Below, one piece after another: positions 46,215 through 54,630 of a stretch of 64,000 nucleotides of DNA. The DNA lies in the IMG/VR virus record IMGVR_UViG_3300036818_000089, positions 11,797 through 75,796 of that record. One strand, given 5' to 3'. Numbering within the stretch: position 1 is the stretch's first letter; every line of letters begins with the position of its first letter. The position numbers were made by a program, and so were the translations under genes. The notes under the pieces were generated by a model. That model was given only the letters and a program-made list of their open reading frames with translations, made no database searches and had not been told where the DNA came from. The DNA is from a virus.

Positions 46215-46690
46215 CAGCCCCACCCCGCAGCCATCGGCGACCACGACTCGTAGGCGTCGTTCGCTGACGAGTCGGGGTCCGGGGAGATCGGGGACATACC
46301 GTCCTGGAACGGGGTCCGCACATGCAGGCTGCGGGATTTGAGCCAGGAGACGCGGCGCAGCGCCATCTTGGCCATCGGCGCGAGCATCAGCGACAAGTCC
46401 TTGACGCCGATCGACCGGCGGCCTTCGGTGATGGCCTGGACATCCAGGCGGGTGAAGAAGTCCGGCTGCCCGGTGATCCACACGGCCTCGAACACCACGG
46501 CCCGCTTCATCCACTCCAGGTCCCGTGCACCGGTGCGCGGCGCGGCGATGGAGTAGATGCGGCCACCCAAAATTTCGATGACCGTGTTGGCGGTGCCGAC
46601 GATCTCGTCGGTCACCTCCTGGCCGAGCAGGGCGAGTACGTCAGCCGGAGTCGCCCACGTCGCCTGCGTCGTCGGCTGCGTCACGGTCAC
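46214..46690 (-). CDS. Head-tail adaptor protein
   Basis: WATPADV start motif; synteny. Confidence 0.65.
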   Translation of the reverse strand: MTVTQPTTQATWATPADVLALLGQEVTDEIVGTANTVIEILGGRIYSIAAPRTGARDLEWMKRAVVFEAVWITGQPDFFTRLDVQAITEGRRSIGVKDLSLMLAPMAKMALRRVSWLKSRSLHVRTPFQDGMSPISPDPDSSANDAYESWSPMAAGWG

Positions 46691-47180
46691 CCCCCGACCG
46701 GTGGATCACCTTCGGGGTGATGGTGTCCTGCGGGGCGGTGTCGATCGACGCGGGGACCACGGCCACCTCGTAGGTGAGGTCCGTGAACTGGGAGCGCCGC
46801 ACGCCGGACGCGTTGAGCGGTTCGTCGTGCTCCTCGACGCGGGTCAGATACACGTCGCCGCGGGCGTGCAGACCGCGCTGCATCGCCTCCTGGACGACAC
46901 CGACCGCGTTCGCCGTGTGCAGCTCGTCGCCGTCCGCCGGAGCCAACCGGCCGATGCGGATCGTCTTCACGAACCGGCCCGGTGACTGGCCGTCCGGGGA
47001 CCGCTTGGCGATCTCCCGTTCGCGCCCCTCGTCGGTGCCGTCCGTGGCCGGGAACTGGCCCGGCTTCCCCTCAACCGGAAGGTTCGGCAACTCCGGTGAC
47101 ATGTCCAGGTCGTCAGCCCCACCGTCGGGCTTGGCCGTCCTGGCGCGGCTCGTACGCCGTGTGCTCCCGGTTGCTGCCAC
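46641..47180 (-). CDS. Hypothetical protein after the capsid gene
   Basis: AGGA RBS; position in the head block. Confidence 0.55.
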   Translation of the reverse strand: MAATGSTRRTSRARTAKPDGGADDLDMSPELPNLPVEGKPGQFPATDGTDEGREREIAKRSPDGQSPGRFVKTIRIGRLAPADGDELHTANAVGVVQEAMQRGLHARGDVYLTRVEEHDEPLNASGVRRSQFTDLTYEVAVVPASIDTAPQDTITPKVIHRSGGDRDAADDAGDVGDSG

Positions 47181-47219
47181 TGTCCTGGACCTTTCCGATC
47201 GTCACCGCTGGCTGGGGTG

Positions 47220-47258
47220 GTGGTGGGCGTGAGCGACCACCCCACGCACGCCCACCAC
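47220..47258 (-). terminator. Hairpin after the major capsid gene
   Basis: GTGGTGGGCGTG...CACGCCCACCAC inverted repeat. Confidence 0.55.
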
Positions 47259-47269
47259 CGCTCGGGGAT

Positions 47270-48328
47270 TCAGCTGCCGGAGTTGTCCTCGAAGATCGAG
47301 AACGCGTTTTCGTGGCCGGGCGCGAAAGCGCGGCGGGAACGCATCTTGAGGATCGATTCGTCGGTCAGCGCGGCCAAACCGTTGCGGCCGTCGATGAACA
47401 CCGACTCCGGGCCGGAACGCACGCCCAGCAGGAGGAACATCCTGTTGCAGATGATGAACAGCGGGTTCCCGGCTGGGGTGCTCGTCGGGGCGGGCGACGT
47501 GCGGGCGCCCAGCGACCAGTGGATGGTGTAGCCGAACACGCGGTCCGGGGTTGCGCCCTGGCCGCCGCCGGGGAACCCGCCGGAGCCCTCCTGGAAGATC
47601 GGGCGCCCGTTGGTGTCCTTGATGCCGCGGAGCTTCCGCTTGTAGCGGGGGTGGGCGACGACCAGCGATTCGCCCTCGTCCCAGTAGTCGCCCTCTTCGA
47701 CCTTGCCGACCGCGGTGTTCAGGCCGTCATAGCCGGTGCCCGCGCTCCCGGACTGGGTGATGTTGGCGTTGGCGGTGTAGCCGGTCGCGGAGTCGGTCTG
47801 GGAGAGGATGTAGTACAGGCTGTCGAACGCGCAGCCGGTGGTGCCCTTCGCTGCGGTGACCGCGAGACCGGCGTTGTCGAGGCCCTTGGCGTAGGCGGTG
47901 GCCCAGTCGGACATCTTGGTGTTGATGATGTCCGCCAAGCTGTCGTCGATGTCCTCCTCGGCGACGCGGACGGCCTTGCCGAACTTCTGCACCGCCAAGA
48001 TCACCTGGTCGTTGGTGGAGGTGTCCTCGCCGTACGTGCCGCCCTTCGACACGATGTCCACACCCACACCACCGCTGCGCGGGGTGGATCGGGTCTGGGT
48101 GTTCATCGACACCCGCTGCGCGTACGCCTCCAACGCGGAACTCTGGCGCACCTTCGTGATCACATCGGATCCGAACTCCTCCGGGATCCAGGCGTCGAAG
48201 TTGTCGCGGGCACCGCCGCCCACACTGCGGATCGGACGCCCGTCCGGGGTGAAACCGATGACATCCCCGGCGTCGACATCAGGGACTCGCGGGTCGAACA
48301 GGGTGCGGGAACGAAGGGTCGCGGACAC
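47270..48328 (-). CDS. Major capsid protein (HK97 fold)
   Basis: WIPEE, VAEEDIDDS, LRGIKDTNGRPIF and RVFGY motifs. Confidence 0.9.
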   Translation of the reverse strand: MSATLRSRTLFDPRVPDVDAGDVIGFTPDGRPIRSVGGGARDNFDAWIPEEFGSDVITKVRQSSALEAYAQRVSMNTQTRSTPRSGGVGVDIVSKGGTYGEDTSTNDQVILAVQKFGKAVRVAEEDIDDSLADIINTKMSDWATAYAKGLDNAGLAVTAAKGTTGCAFDSLYYILSQTDSATGYTANANITQSGSAGTGYDGLNTAVGKVEEGDYWDEGESLVVAHPRYKRKLRGIKDTNGRPIFQEGSGGFPGGGQGATPDRVFGYTIHWSLGARTSPAPTSTPAGNPLFIICNRMFLLLGVRSGPESVFIDGRNGLAALTDESILKMRSRRAFAPGHENAFSIFEDNSGS

Positions 48329-48373
48329 GGCTGGGCGCCTCTCGGGATGGTGACGGGGGACTGGCGTCCGCGT

Positions 48374-48476
48374 CCCATCCGGGGCGCCGGGCGGTTACAC
48401 GTCCCCGGCGCGTGGCCGGGGTGGTGCCCATCCGGGCGTTCAGTTGTCTTCCCCGTGCGGCGTGCCCATCCGGGCG
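48374..48476 (-). repeat. Three CCC-GGAT-GGG hairpin repeats in the capsid gene leader
   Basis: CCCATCCGGG on + at 48374, 48427 and 48465; the last two share the 15-mer GTGCCCATCCGGGCG. Confidence 0.7.
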
Positions 48477-48567
48477 GCTTGTCGGGGTTCGACTGGTGGA
48501 ACCGTAGATCGGGGTTCCGTCACGCTGCTGAGCAGCGGAAATCTATGTGCGGGTGGGGCCGGGCTGG

Positions 48568-48918
48568 CTATCCGTTGGTGTCGCGGACACCGCAGTTGTC
48601 CGGGAAGTGCCACGTGCCGCCCGCGCGGTCGTCCTCGTCCTGCTGGGCGTCGTTGAAGAACATGCCGGTCGGGTTGAGCACGACGAGCGCGCACATGGCG
48701 GGCTCGTACTCCTGGATTTCGCCGCCGGACAGCAGGCCGCCGCCCTGCTGCGGGTAGACCTCAGCCACGACCGCGGCACGGCACTGCGACGTGAATGCTT
48801 GGCCGCCGTCCGGTTGGACGGGTGTGCCGTGGGCTACGTAGTGCACGGGGGTGTTCAGCCGCAACCGGGCGGGCCGGTCGTCGGGGTCGGGTGTGGCGAC
48901 AGCGGTCGGGACGTCCAT
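48568..48918 (-). CDS. Conserved hypothetical phage protein
   Basis: GGAGG RBS; VHYV, CRAAVV, NPTG and GGTWH motifs. Confidence 0.6.
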   Translation of the reverse strand: MDVPTAVATPDPDDRPARLRLNTPVHYVAHGTPVQPDGGQAFTSQCRAAVVAEVYPQQGGGLLSGGEIQEYEPAMCALVVLNPTGMFFNDAQQDEDDRAGGTWHFPDNCGVRDTNG

Positions 48919-48997
48919 GGTGGCCTCCGGTTGTGGCGGGTCGAGGTCGTCGAGCCAAGGATCTCGACGGGCTTCTTGCGGAACGTGCGTGCGGCGC

Positions 48998-49813
48998 TCA
49001 ATGCCGTGCCCGTTCGTTCATGGCCTGGACGTGCTTGTCGCCGGTGGTCTTCGGCGCCGGCTTGTCGTTCTTGCGGTCCGCCCCCGTGATCCGCCCCGCA
49101 CGGCGACGCGGACGGTCCCGGTCCTTCGCGTCATCCTCGGCCGCTGGCTCGGTGAACAGTTCAGGGAACTCATCCACCAAGTCGGCGATCTGGTCATCGA
49201 GGCCGTCGACCTCCCCGGTCTCCAGATCGACGTCCAGGTCGTCCATTTCCAGCCGCCGGATCATGCGGGTCAGCCGGGCATCGGTCGGGTTCTGGAACTT
49301 CGCCTTGTGCAACGCCGTTGCGGCGGCCGCGCGGACCGCGACCGGCTTGAACTTGGCCATGGCTGCCTGCTCTGCCTTCTCTGCGGCTTCAGCGGCGTCG
49401 GCATCCTGCTTGTCGCCGGACTGGTCGGCGGTGCGCTGTGCGGTGCGCTTATCCCGGCGGGCTTTCTGCGCTGCCTCGCGGTGCTTCTTCGCCTCGGCGT
49501 TCGCCGACTTCAGCGCGTCCTGGACCTTGGTCCACTCCTCTTTCGACGGCGGCTTCCACTCCTCTTCGTCCTCGTCGTCGCCGTCGTCCGCGTCTTTGTC
49601 CTCGTCGTCACCATCGTCGCCATCGTCGTCGGTCTTCTTCTTGCCGCCCTTGCCGCCGCCTTCGAGGTCCATCCCGGTGTCGTCGTCATCGTCGTCCTCA
49701 GCCGCGCCCAGCACGGGCCACACCGGGCGTCCGGCGACGTAGCCGATCGCCGCTAGCCCGGTGACGGGGTGGACAGGCATCAGGCTGCCCGGTGGGAGGG
49801 TGGTGGTGGTCAT
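48998..49813 (-). CDS. Capsid scaffolding protein
   Basis: Acidic tract, ANAEAKKHR coiled coil and EFPELF; upstream of the capsid gene. Confidence 0.8.
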   Translation of the reverse strand: MTTTTLPPGSLMPVHPVTGLAAIGYVAGRPVWPVLGAAEDDDDDDTGMDLEGGGKGGKKKTDDDGDDGDDEDKDADDGDDEDEEEWKPPSKEEWTKVQDALKSANAEAKKHREAAQKARRDKRTAQRTADQSGDKQDADAAEAAEKAEQAAMAKFKPVAVRAAAATALHKAKFQNPTDARLTRMIRRLEMDDLDVDLETGEVDGLDDQIADLVDEFPELFTEPAAEDDAKDRDRPRRRAGRITGADRKNDKPAPKTTGDKHVQAMNERARH

Positions 49814-49827
49814 GGTGGGGGGCCCTT

Positions 49828-50940
49828 CTACTTCGCGGTGACGGAACGTCGGGGGCGTGGGCGGGGTTGCGGGCCGAACGCGCCGCGGGCGATGGCGATG
49901 CGGGCACGCTGCTGCACCGACTTCGGCAGATCAGTGCCGCGGGCGAGCAGGTTTCGGGCTGCGACGAGCCGCACGGATTCGGATTCGGACGGCAGCCGCC
50001 AGCCGGTGAGGATGGACCGTTCGGCTTCGCGTCGGAGCGCTGTGGGCAGGTCGGGGCCGTTGTAGCCGGGCACGGAACCGCGCCAAACCTCTGCGCGGCA
50101 TCGGCACCATGGGTGCCGCGGGGGTTGCCACAGGGCGGTGCCGGCCGGCCAGACGGCGAGCGGGCGGGTGCCGTAGGTGGCATCCCCGTCGAACGCGGCG
50201 TCGACCGACACGGTCCCTGACAGTGCCAGACAAACTACGCACGCGTTGCGTTCTGCTACCCAAACCCGCCCAAACCCCAGTCTCCGGGCAGTGTCCCTGC
50301 TGCCTTGGTTCGCGGCGTAGTTCACCACCCAATGCGCGATCCGCTCCGCCCCGGTCGCAGCCGACATCGCGCGGGTCACGATGTCCGCGACCTCCGACCA
50401 GCGGCCGATCTCACCCAGCCCATACGCTTCGTGCGCGGCTTGGGAGAGCCGGTCCCGCATGGATGGCTCGATCCGCGACAGTTCGCGGCGCACCAGCGCG
50501 TCCAACTGCTGGCCCAGATCGACGTGCCGGCGGATGTCGTCGACCTCGGCCGACAGATCCACACCCGGGTAGGCGTCGATGGCGGCCAGTTCGTCGAGGG
50601 TCTGCCGCCACCCAGTCTCCGCGGCCTTCACGGTCGCGGCCTCGACGCGCGACGCCACACCAGTCGGGTCGAGGTCCTCCAAACCGCGCAGCACATCGGC
50701 GGTGATGATGGCCATCTCGATCGGGTTGGCCTGCTCGTGCAAACCACCGGTGGTGCGGACCCAGGTGGCCATCATGCGGCGCGTGAACCGCTGCAACTGC
50801 AACCGGAACGGCGCCAACGCGCGGCGGGCGGTCTCCTCGATCGCCAGGATTTCCGCGGCACGCTCAGCGAGGTGTTCCCAGCCCGGCGGTGTACGCGGAG
50901 GCTGCGGAACAGGCTGCTGAGCGGGCGTGGTGGTTGCCAT
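49828..50940 (-). CDS. MuF-like minor head protein
   Basis: ACVVC and PPRHPWCRC motifs; follows the portal. Confidence 0.75.
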   Translation of the reverse strand: MATTTPAQQPVPQPPRTPPGWEHLAERAAEILAIEETARRALAPFRLQLQRFTRRMMATWVRTTGGLHEQANPIEMAIITADVLRGLEDLDPTGVASRVEAATVKAAETGWRQTLDELAAIDAYPGVDLSAEVDDIRRHVDLGQQLDALVRRELSRIEPSMRDRLSQAAHEAYGLGEIGRWSEVADIVTRAMSAATGAERIAHWVVNYAANQGSRDTARRLGFGRVWVAERNACVVCLALSGTVSVDAAFDGDATYGTRPLAVWPAGTALWQPPRHPWCRCRAEVWRGSVPGYNGPDLPTALRREAERSILTGWRLPSESESVRLVAARNLLARGTDLPKSVQQRARIAIARGAFGPQPRPRPRRSVTAK

Positions 50941-50943
50941 GCG

Positions 50944-52725
50944 CTACCGGCTGCCGAGGGACACGTCATCAGCCAGCGACGGAGGCGGCGCCCCTTGGCC
51001 GCTGGCGGGTTCGAACGCGGGCGACCCATCGGTCTCGCCGCCGGTGTCGATGCCGACCTCACCGAGGAACGCCACGATGACCGTGCGGATCTCTTCCTCG
51101 CTGAACATGCCGGTGGCCGCGGCCGCGGAGAACGCCTGCAGGGCGCCTGCGATCTTGATGAGCTGGTCGACCTTCTCCGGGATGTCGTCGCCCGGGTCGT
51201 CGCCGAACCACTCGTCGACCTGGTCCTTCAGATACCCGGCCTCCAGGAACGCCTGCTTGACCGGCATCCCCGCGTTGATCTTCGCGACGACGACCTGCCA
51301 GCCCTCGACATCGTCCACGATCGACGGGGACTTCCACTGCACGTCGACCTTCACGTGCTCCCACTTGCCCGGCATCTCCGGGTGGTCGGGGTTGCGGCCA
51401 GCGATCCGCAGCGCGAACTCCAACTGCTGGCGCAGGGTCGCGCCGAACGACAACTGCAGACGCCGGATCTTCTTCGTGAACGGGCCGTCCTCGCGGCGTC
51501 GCGCTTCACCGGACGGCGGGTTCTGGCCTTCCGGGTCCATCAGGTACATGGGGGTTTCGCTGATCTGGGCGCCACCCCGAAGGTAGAGTTCGATCGGCTT
51601 AAGGAACGTGTCGGGGTCGGCCTCGGCGAACTGGCCGACCGACTTGACCCGCTGCAGCCACCACAACGCCCCCGGCTCCCCAGACAACTGAGACTGGGGG
51701 TCGCCGCCGACATGGGTCGTGGCGCCCGTGTCGAGGGGGATGGCGAACTCGTCCTCGTCGAGGCTGGCGATCTCGGACGAGTCGGCGTCTTCCGCGCCGA
51801 TCGCGTACCGCTGCGGAAGCGACTGGTAGTCGACCCCCGACATGTGGCTGATGATCAGCTTGTGGATGGCGTCCTGCGCGCCGTAGAAGTCCACGTGGAC
51901 CGGCCGGCCGTAGGGGCGTGCGGTGCGGTAGTGGAAGACGGGGATCTCGCCGAACGGGTTGTCGATCGTGGAGTCCTGGTCGTCGCCGTCGAACTCCTCC
52001 AGCTCGTGCGCTTTCGGGGCCAGCACACCCGGCTTGGAGATGTAGCGTTCGATCCGGTCCGGGTAGTACAGGTCCACGCGGACTCGTTTGACGTTCGACA
52101 GCATCCACCGTTTGATCGCGAACGCCTTACGGCGCGGCTTCTCCGGGTCGTAGAACAGGCGCACCGACATCGGGGAGTTGTAGAACATGTCCACATTGAG
52201 GTAGCCGTCGTCGTCGGTGTCGGCCAGGTCCGCCGCGTTCTCGCCTTCGAAGGTGTCGGTCGCGTCGGCGCGGTAGTCGTCGTCGTGGTCGTCATCGGGC
52301 TCGGTGGGCCACACGATGACGTAGCAGTCGCCGTACTCGGATGCCTTCTCAGTGATGTCCGGCATCTCCAGGTCCATCTGGTTGTCCAACCAGACGTCCT
52401 GCAACGCGCCGTTGGCTTCCTCGTCGTCGCAGGTCACCGAGGCGACTTCCAACCGGTCGGCGACGGCACGCACCGGTGAGCGGGCGAAGTTCAAACGGAA
52501 CCGGGCACCCGTGCGGGCCATCGCCCGGCGCACACGGATCGACGCGAAATACTCGCCGTAGGTGCCCTCGTAGTATTCCTCGGCTGTCTCGTACTTCGGG
52601 AATGCCGCCGCCAGTTCATCGAGCGCGGCTTGCAGATCGGAGTCCGGTGGCGCACCGCCCTGGGCAGATTGGGCGTACAGCAGCGCTGCGGTGGTCGTTG
52701 GTGCCGCGCCGATGTCGACCGTCAC
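50944..52725 (-). CDS. Portal protein (SPP1 gp6-like)
   Basis: YYEG, NFA..V.AVADRL, NPFGEIPVFHY, QDAI and SGEARR motifs. Confidence 0.9.
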   Translation of the reverse strand: MTVDIGAAPTTTAALLYAQSAQGGAPPDSDLQAALDELAAAFPKYETAEEYYEGTYGEYFASIRVRRAMARTGARFRLNFARSPVRAVADRLEVASVTCDDEEANGALQDVWLDNQMDLEMPDITEKASEYGDCYVIVWPTEPDDDHDDDYRADATDTFEGENAADLADTDDDGYLNVDMFYNSPMSVRLFYDPEKPRRKAFAIKRWMLSNVKRVRVDLYYPDRIERYISKPGVLAPKAHELEEFDGDDQDSTIDNPFGEIPVFHYRTARPYGRPVHVDFYGAQDAIHKLIISHMSGVDYQSLPQRYAIGAEDADSSEIASLDEDEFAIPLDTGATTHVGGDPQSQLSGEPGALWWLQRVKSVGQFAEADPDTFLKPIELYLRGGAQISETPMYLMDPEGQNPPSGEARRREDGPFTKKIRRLQLSFGATLRQQLEFALRIAGRNPDHPEMPGKWEHVKVDVQWKSPSIVDDVEGWQVVVAKINAGMPVKQAFLEAGYLKDQVDEWFGDDPGDDIPEKVDQLIKIAGALQAFSAAAATGMFSEEEIRTVIVAFLGEVGIDTGGETDGSPAFEPASGQGAPPPSLADDVSLGSR

Positions 52726-52856
52726 GACACCTCCTGGGGGTATACGGGGTTGACGCGACGGACCGTAACGGCGCCTACCGCCACGCCCCCGGGGGCTGCG
52801 GGAGACCGGCCCTACGGTGACCGGGTCACCACACCCCGCAGAGAGGCCAGCCAGCC

Positions 52857-53252
52857 ATGACCAGCGCCACGTCGACCGCTGCCCTGGGCAGTTACCACCA
52901 CTACCTGCACGGCCCCGCCGAGGACGACACGGTCGAGTTGGTGACGGTCGAACACGCAGCGCGCGGACACCTCGGCGAAGGTGCCAGCGTGGAGCAGGTG
53001 ACGGCGCTTGCGGAGGGCTACCGGCGCGCCATCAACCGCGTGCTGGACGGCACCGGGATCGTGCTGCACGGCGACGACTTTTACCTGCACATCTACGCCG
53101 ACGCGTTGGAAGTTGAGCAGGCGAACGAGTTGGTGCGGCGCACATTGGATGCGATCCAGATAGCGAAGGTCGAACCCGCCGTCGACCAGCCACCCGCCCC
53201 GCCGGTCGTCACCGTCGAGGTAACGCGCGAGCTGGCCGACGGCACCCGCTGA
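52857..53252 (+). CDS. Hypothetical protein on the opposite strand (moron-like)
   Basis: GAGG RBS; degenerate dispersed motif GTCACCACA at 52825..52833. Confidence 0.55.
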   Translation: MTSATSTAALGSYHHYLHGPAEDDTVELVTVEHAARGHLGEGASVEQVTALAEGYRRAINRVLDGTGIVLHGDDFYLHIYADALEVEQANELVRRTLDAIQIAKVEPAVDQPPAPPVVTVEVTRELADGTR

Positions 53253-53268
53253 CCACAGGTGCCCACGA

Positions 53269-53304
53269 CAACGGCGCCCGGCCGGGGAGGCACGGGCGCC
53301 GTTG
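53269..53304. terminator. Bidirectional hairpin between convergent genes
   Basis: CAACGGCGCCCG...CGGGCGCCGTTG. Confidence 0.65.
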
Positions 53305-53312
53305 GGGGCGGA

Positions 53313-53657
53313 TCAGCCTTCGCGCGGGCCGCTGAACTGCGACAGCTTGACGTGGGCCGCGCGCTGCCCCTCGGCGCGCTCGATGTCCCCCACGGCCAAG
53401 CCGAGCACGTTGGCCTGCAGGCCATACCGCAGTGTTCCGGCTTTGTCTACGTACGTCGCGTTGCCTGAGTGGAAGGTGCCGGCCAGCACGCGGCCGTCTT
53501 CGGCCACTACCGCTCCCTGCGGCCGGTCCGCTCGGTCTTTCGCCATCTGTTGCTCTGCCCACGCGGCCAGATCGCCCGACAGGTCTGGGTCGCCCCCGGC
53601 GGCCGCGAATGCCTTCCTGGCCTTGCCGACGTAGTAGCCGTGCGTGGTGGTGGTCAT
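53313..53657 (-). CDS. Hypothetical protein
   Basis: AGGAGG RBS. Confidence 0.6.
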   Translation of the reverse strand: MTTTTHGYYVGKARKAFAAAGGDPDLSGDLAAWAEQQMAKDRADRPQGAVVAEDGRVLAGTFHSGNATYVDKAGTLRYGLQANVLGLAVGDIERAEGQRAAHVKLSQFSGPREG

Positions 53658-53684
53658 GCTGTTCCTCCTGCTCTCGGTGGTCGG

Positions 53685-54140
53685 TCAGTCGGCTTCGTGG
53701 GCGAGCCTGATCCAGGCGTCGAGCGTCGGCCGCGTCACGCCGAACTCGGCCGCGAGGTTTGTCTTCTCCTCGCCGTTGCCTTGATTCCAGCGGGTCTTGA
53801 TGTCCGCCCCGCGGTAGGACTCTATGGTCCGGATGGTGCGCCTCAAGTTCTCGATCTCGGCCTCGTACGCGTCGCGGCGCTGCGCCGGGTCAGACGCGAG
53901 TTTGATGACCAGCACGCCGGGCAGGTGCGCCTGGTGCGCGAGCTGCCGGACGGGGATGCCCTCCTTGAGGGCGGCGTCGACCTTCTCGCGGGCGATCCCC
54001 TCAAGCTTGGAGTGCTGCTCCATCGTGTGTCGCGGGATCTCGCCGTCGCGCAGTTCGACAGGCTGCTCGTAGAACGCGGCCAGCGCGTCGAGCGCTTCCC
54101 GCTTGACCTCGGCGTACGTCTTCCTCGGGCGGGTCTCCAT
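53685..54140 (-). CDS. HTH DNA-binding protein
   Basis: KTNLAAEFGVTRPTLDAWI HTH. Confidence 0.7.
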   Translation of the reverse strand: METRPRKTYAEVKREALDALAAFYEQPVELRDGEIPRHTMEQHSKLEGIAREKVDAALKEGIPVRQLAHQAHLPGVLVIKLASDPAQRRDAYEAEIENLRRTIRTIESYRGADIKTRWNQGNGEEKTNLAAEFGVTRPTLDAWIRLAHEAD

Positions 54141-54151
54141 GACGTTTCCCC

Positions 54152-54550
54152 TCAGGAGTTGTCCCAGATCTGGACGTTGTAGTTGCCGGAGCCGTCGTCG
54201 TACTGGGTGGCGCCCGGCTGGACGTTGTAGACGCGGCCACGCCCGTAGACGGGGCTGTAGACCTCGCGGTAGGCGTCGGTGTCGGCGGCCATGCGGGCAG
54301 GGCGCAGGTTGCGGATGTGATTGACCTCGGCGGTGGCGTAGGCGACGCCCTGCTTCTCATAGGTGCCGGTGACGTTCGTGATGTGGACCTCGGCGAGGCT
54401 TCCGTCGGCTTTGGTGACGATGACGTCCCTGCCGACCTGGATCTGGCGGGCCGGGCCGACGACGTCCCAGTACTGGGCGTTGCGGTAGAAGAGGGTTTTG
54501 CCGGCGCGGACTGCGTTGAGCATTTCCTGGGCCTTCGTACTTGCGTCCAT
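54152..54550 (-). CDS. Hypothetical protein
   Basis: AGGAGG RBS; own promoter. Confidence 0.6.
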   Translation of the reverse strand: MDASTKAQEMLNAVRAGKTLFYRNAQYWDVVGPARQIQVGRDVIVTKADGSLAEVHITNVTGTYEKQGVAYATAEVNHIRNLRPARMAADTDAYREVYSPVYGRGRVYNVQPGATQYDDGSGNYNVQIWDNS

Positions 54551-54578
54551 GTCGTCCTCCTGTCCTCGTGTAAACCTG

Positions 54579-54607
54579 ACTATACACGTGTCGAGGTGGA
54601 GCGTAAA
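54579..54607 (-). promoter_or_regulatory. Housekeeping-sigma-type promoter
   Basis: TTTACG-17 nt-TATAGT on the minus strand. Confidence 0.6.
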
Positions 54608-54630
54608 GCGGGCAATGCACGGCGTGCCGG

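Noticed and set aside
52200-52310. Acidic Asp-rich insert in the portal
   Set aside because: Low-complexity loop with no DNA-level repeat structure.
52716-52729. CCGTCACGACA resembling the dispersed motif
   Set aside because: Overlaps the portal start codon and is antisense to the portal; probably coincidental.
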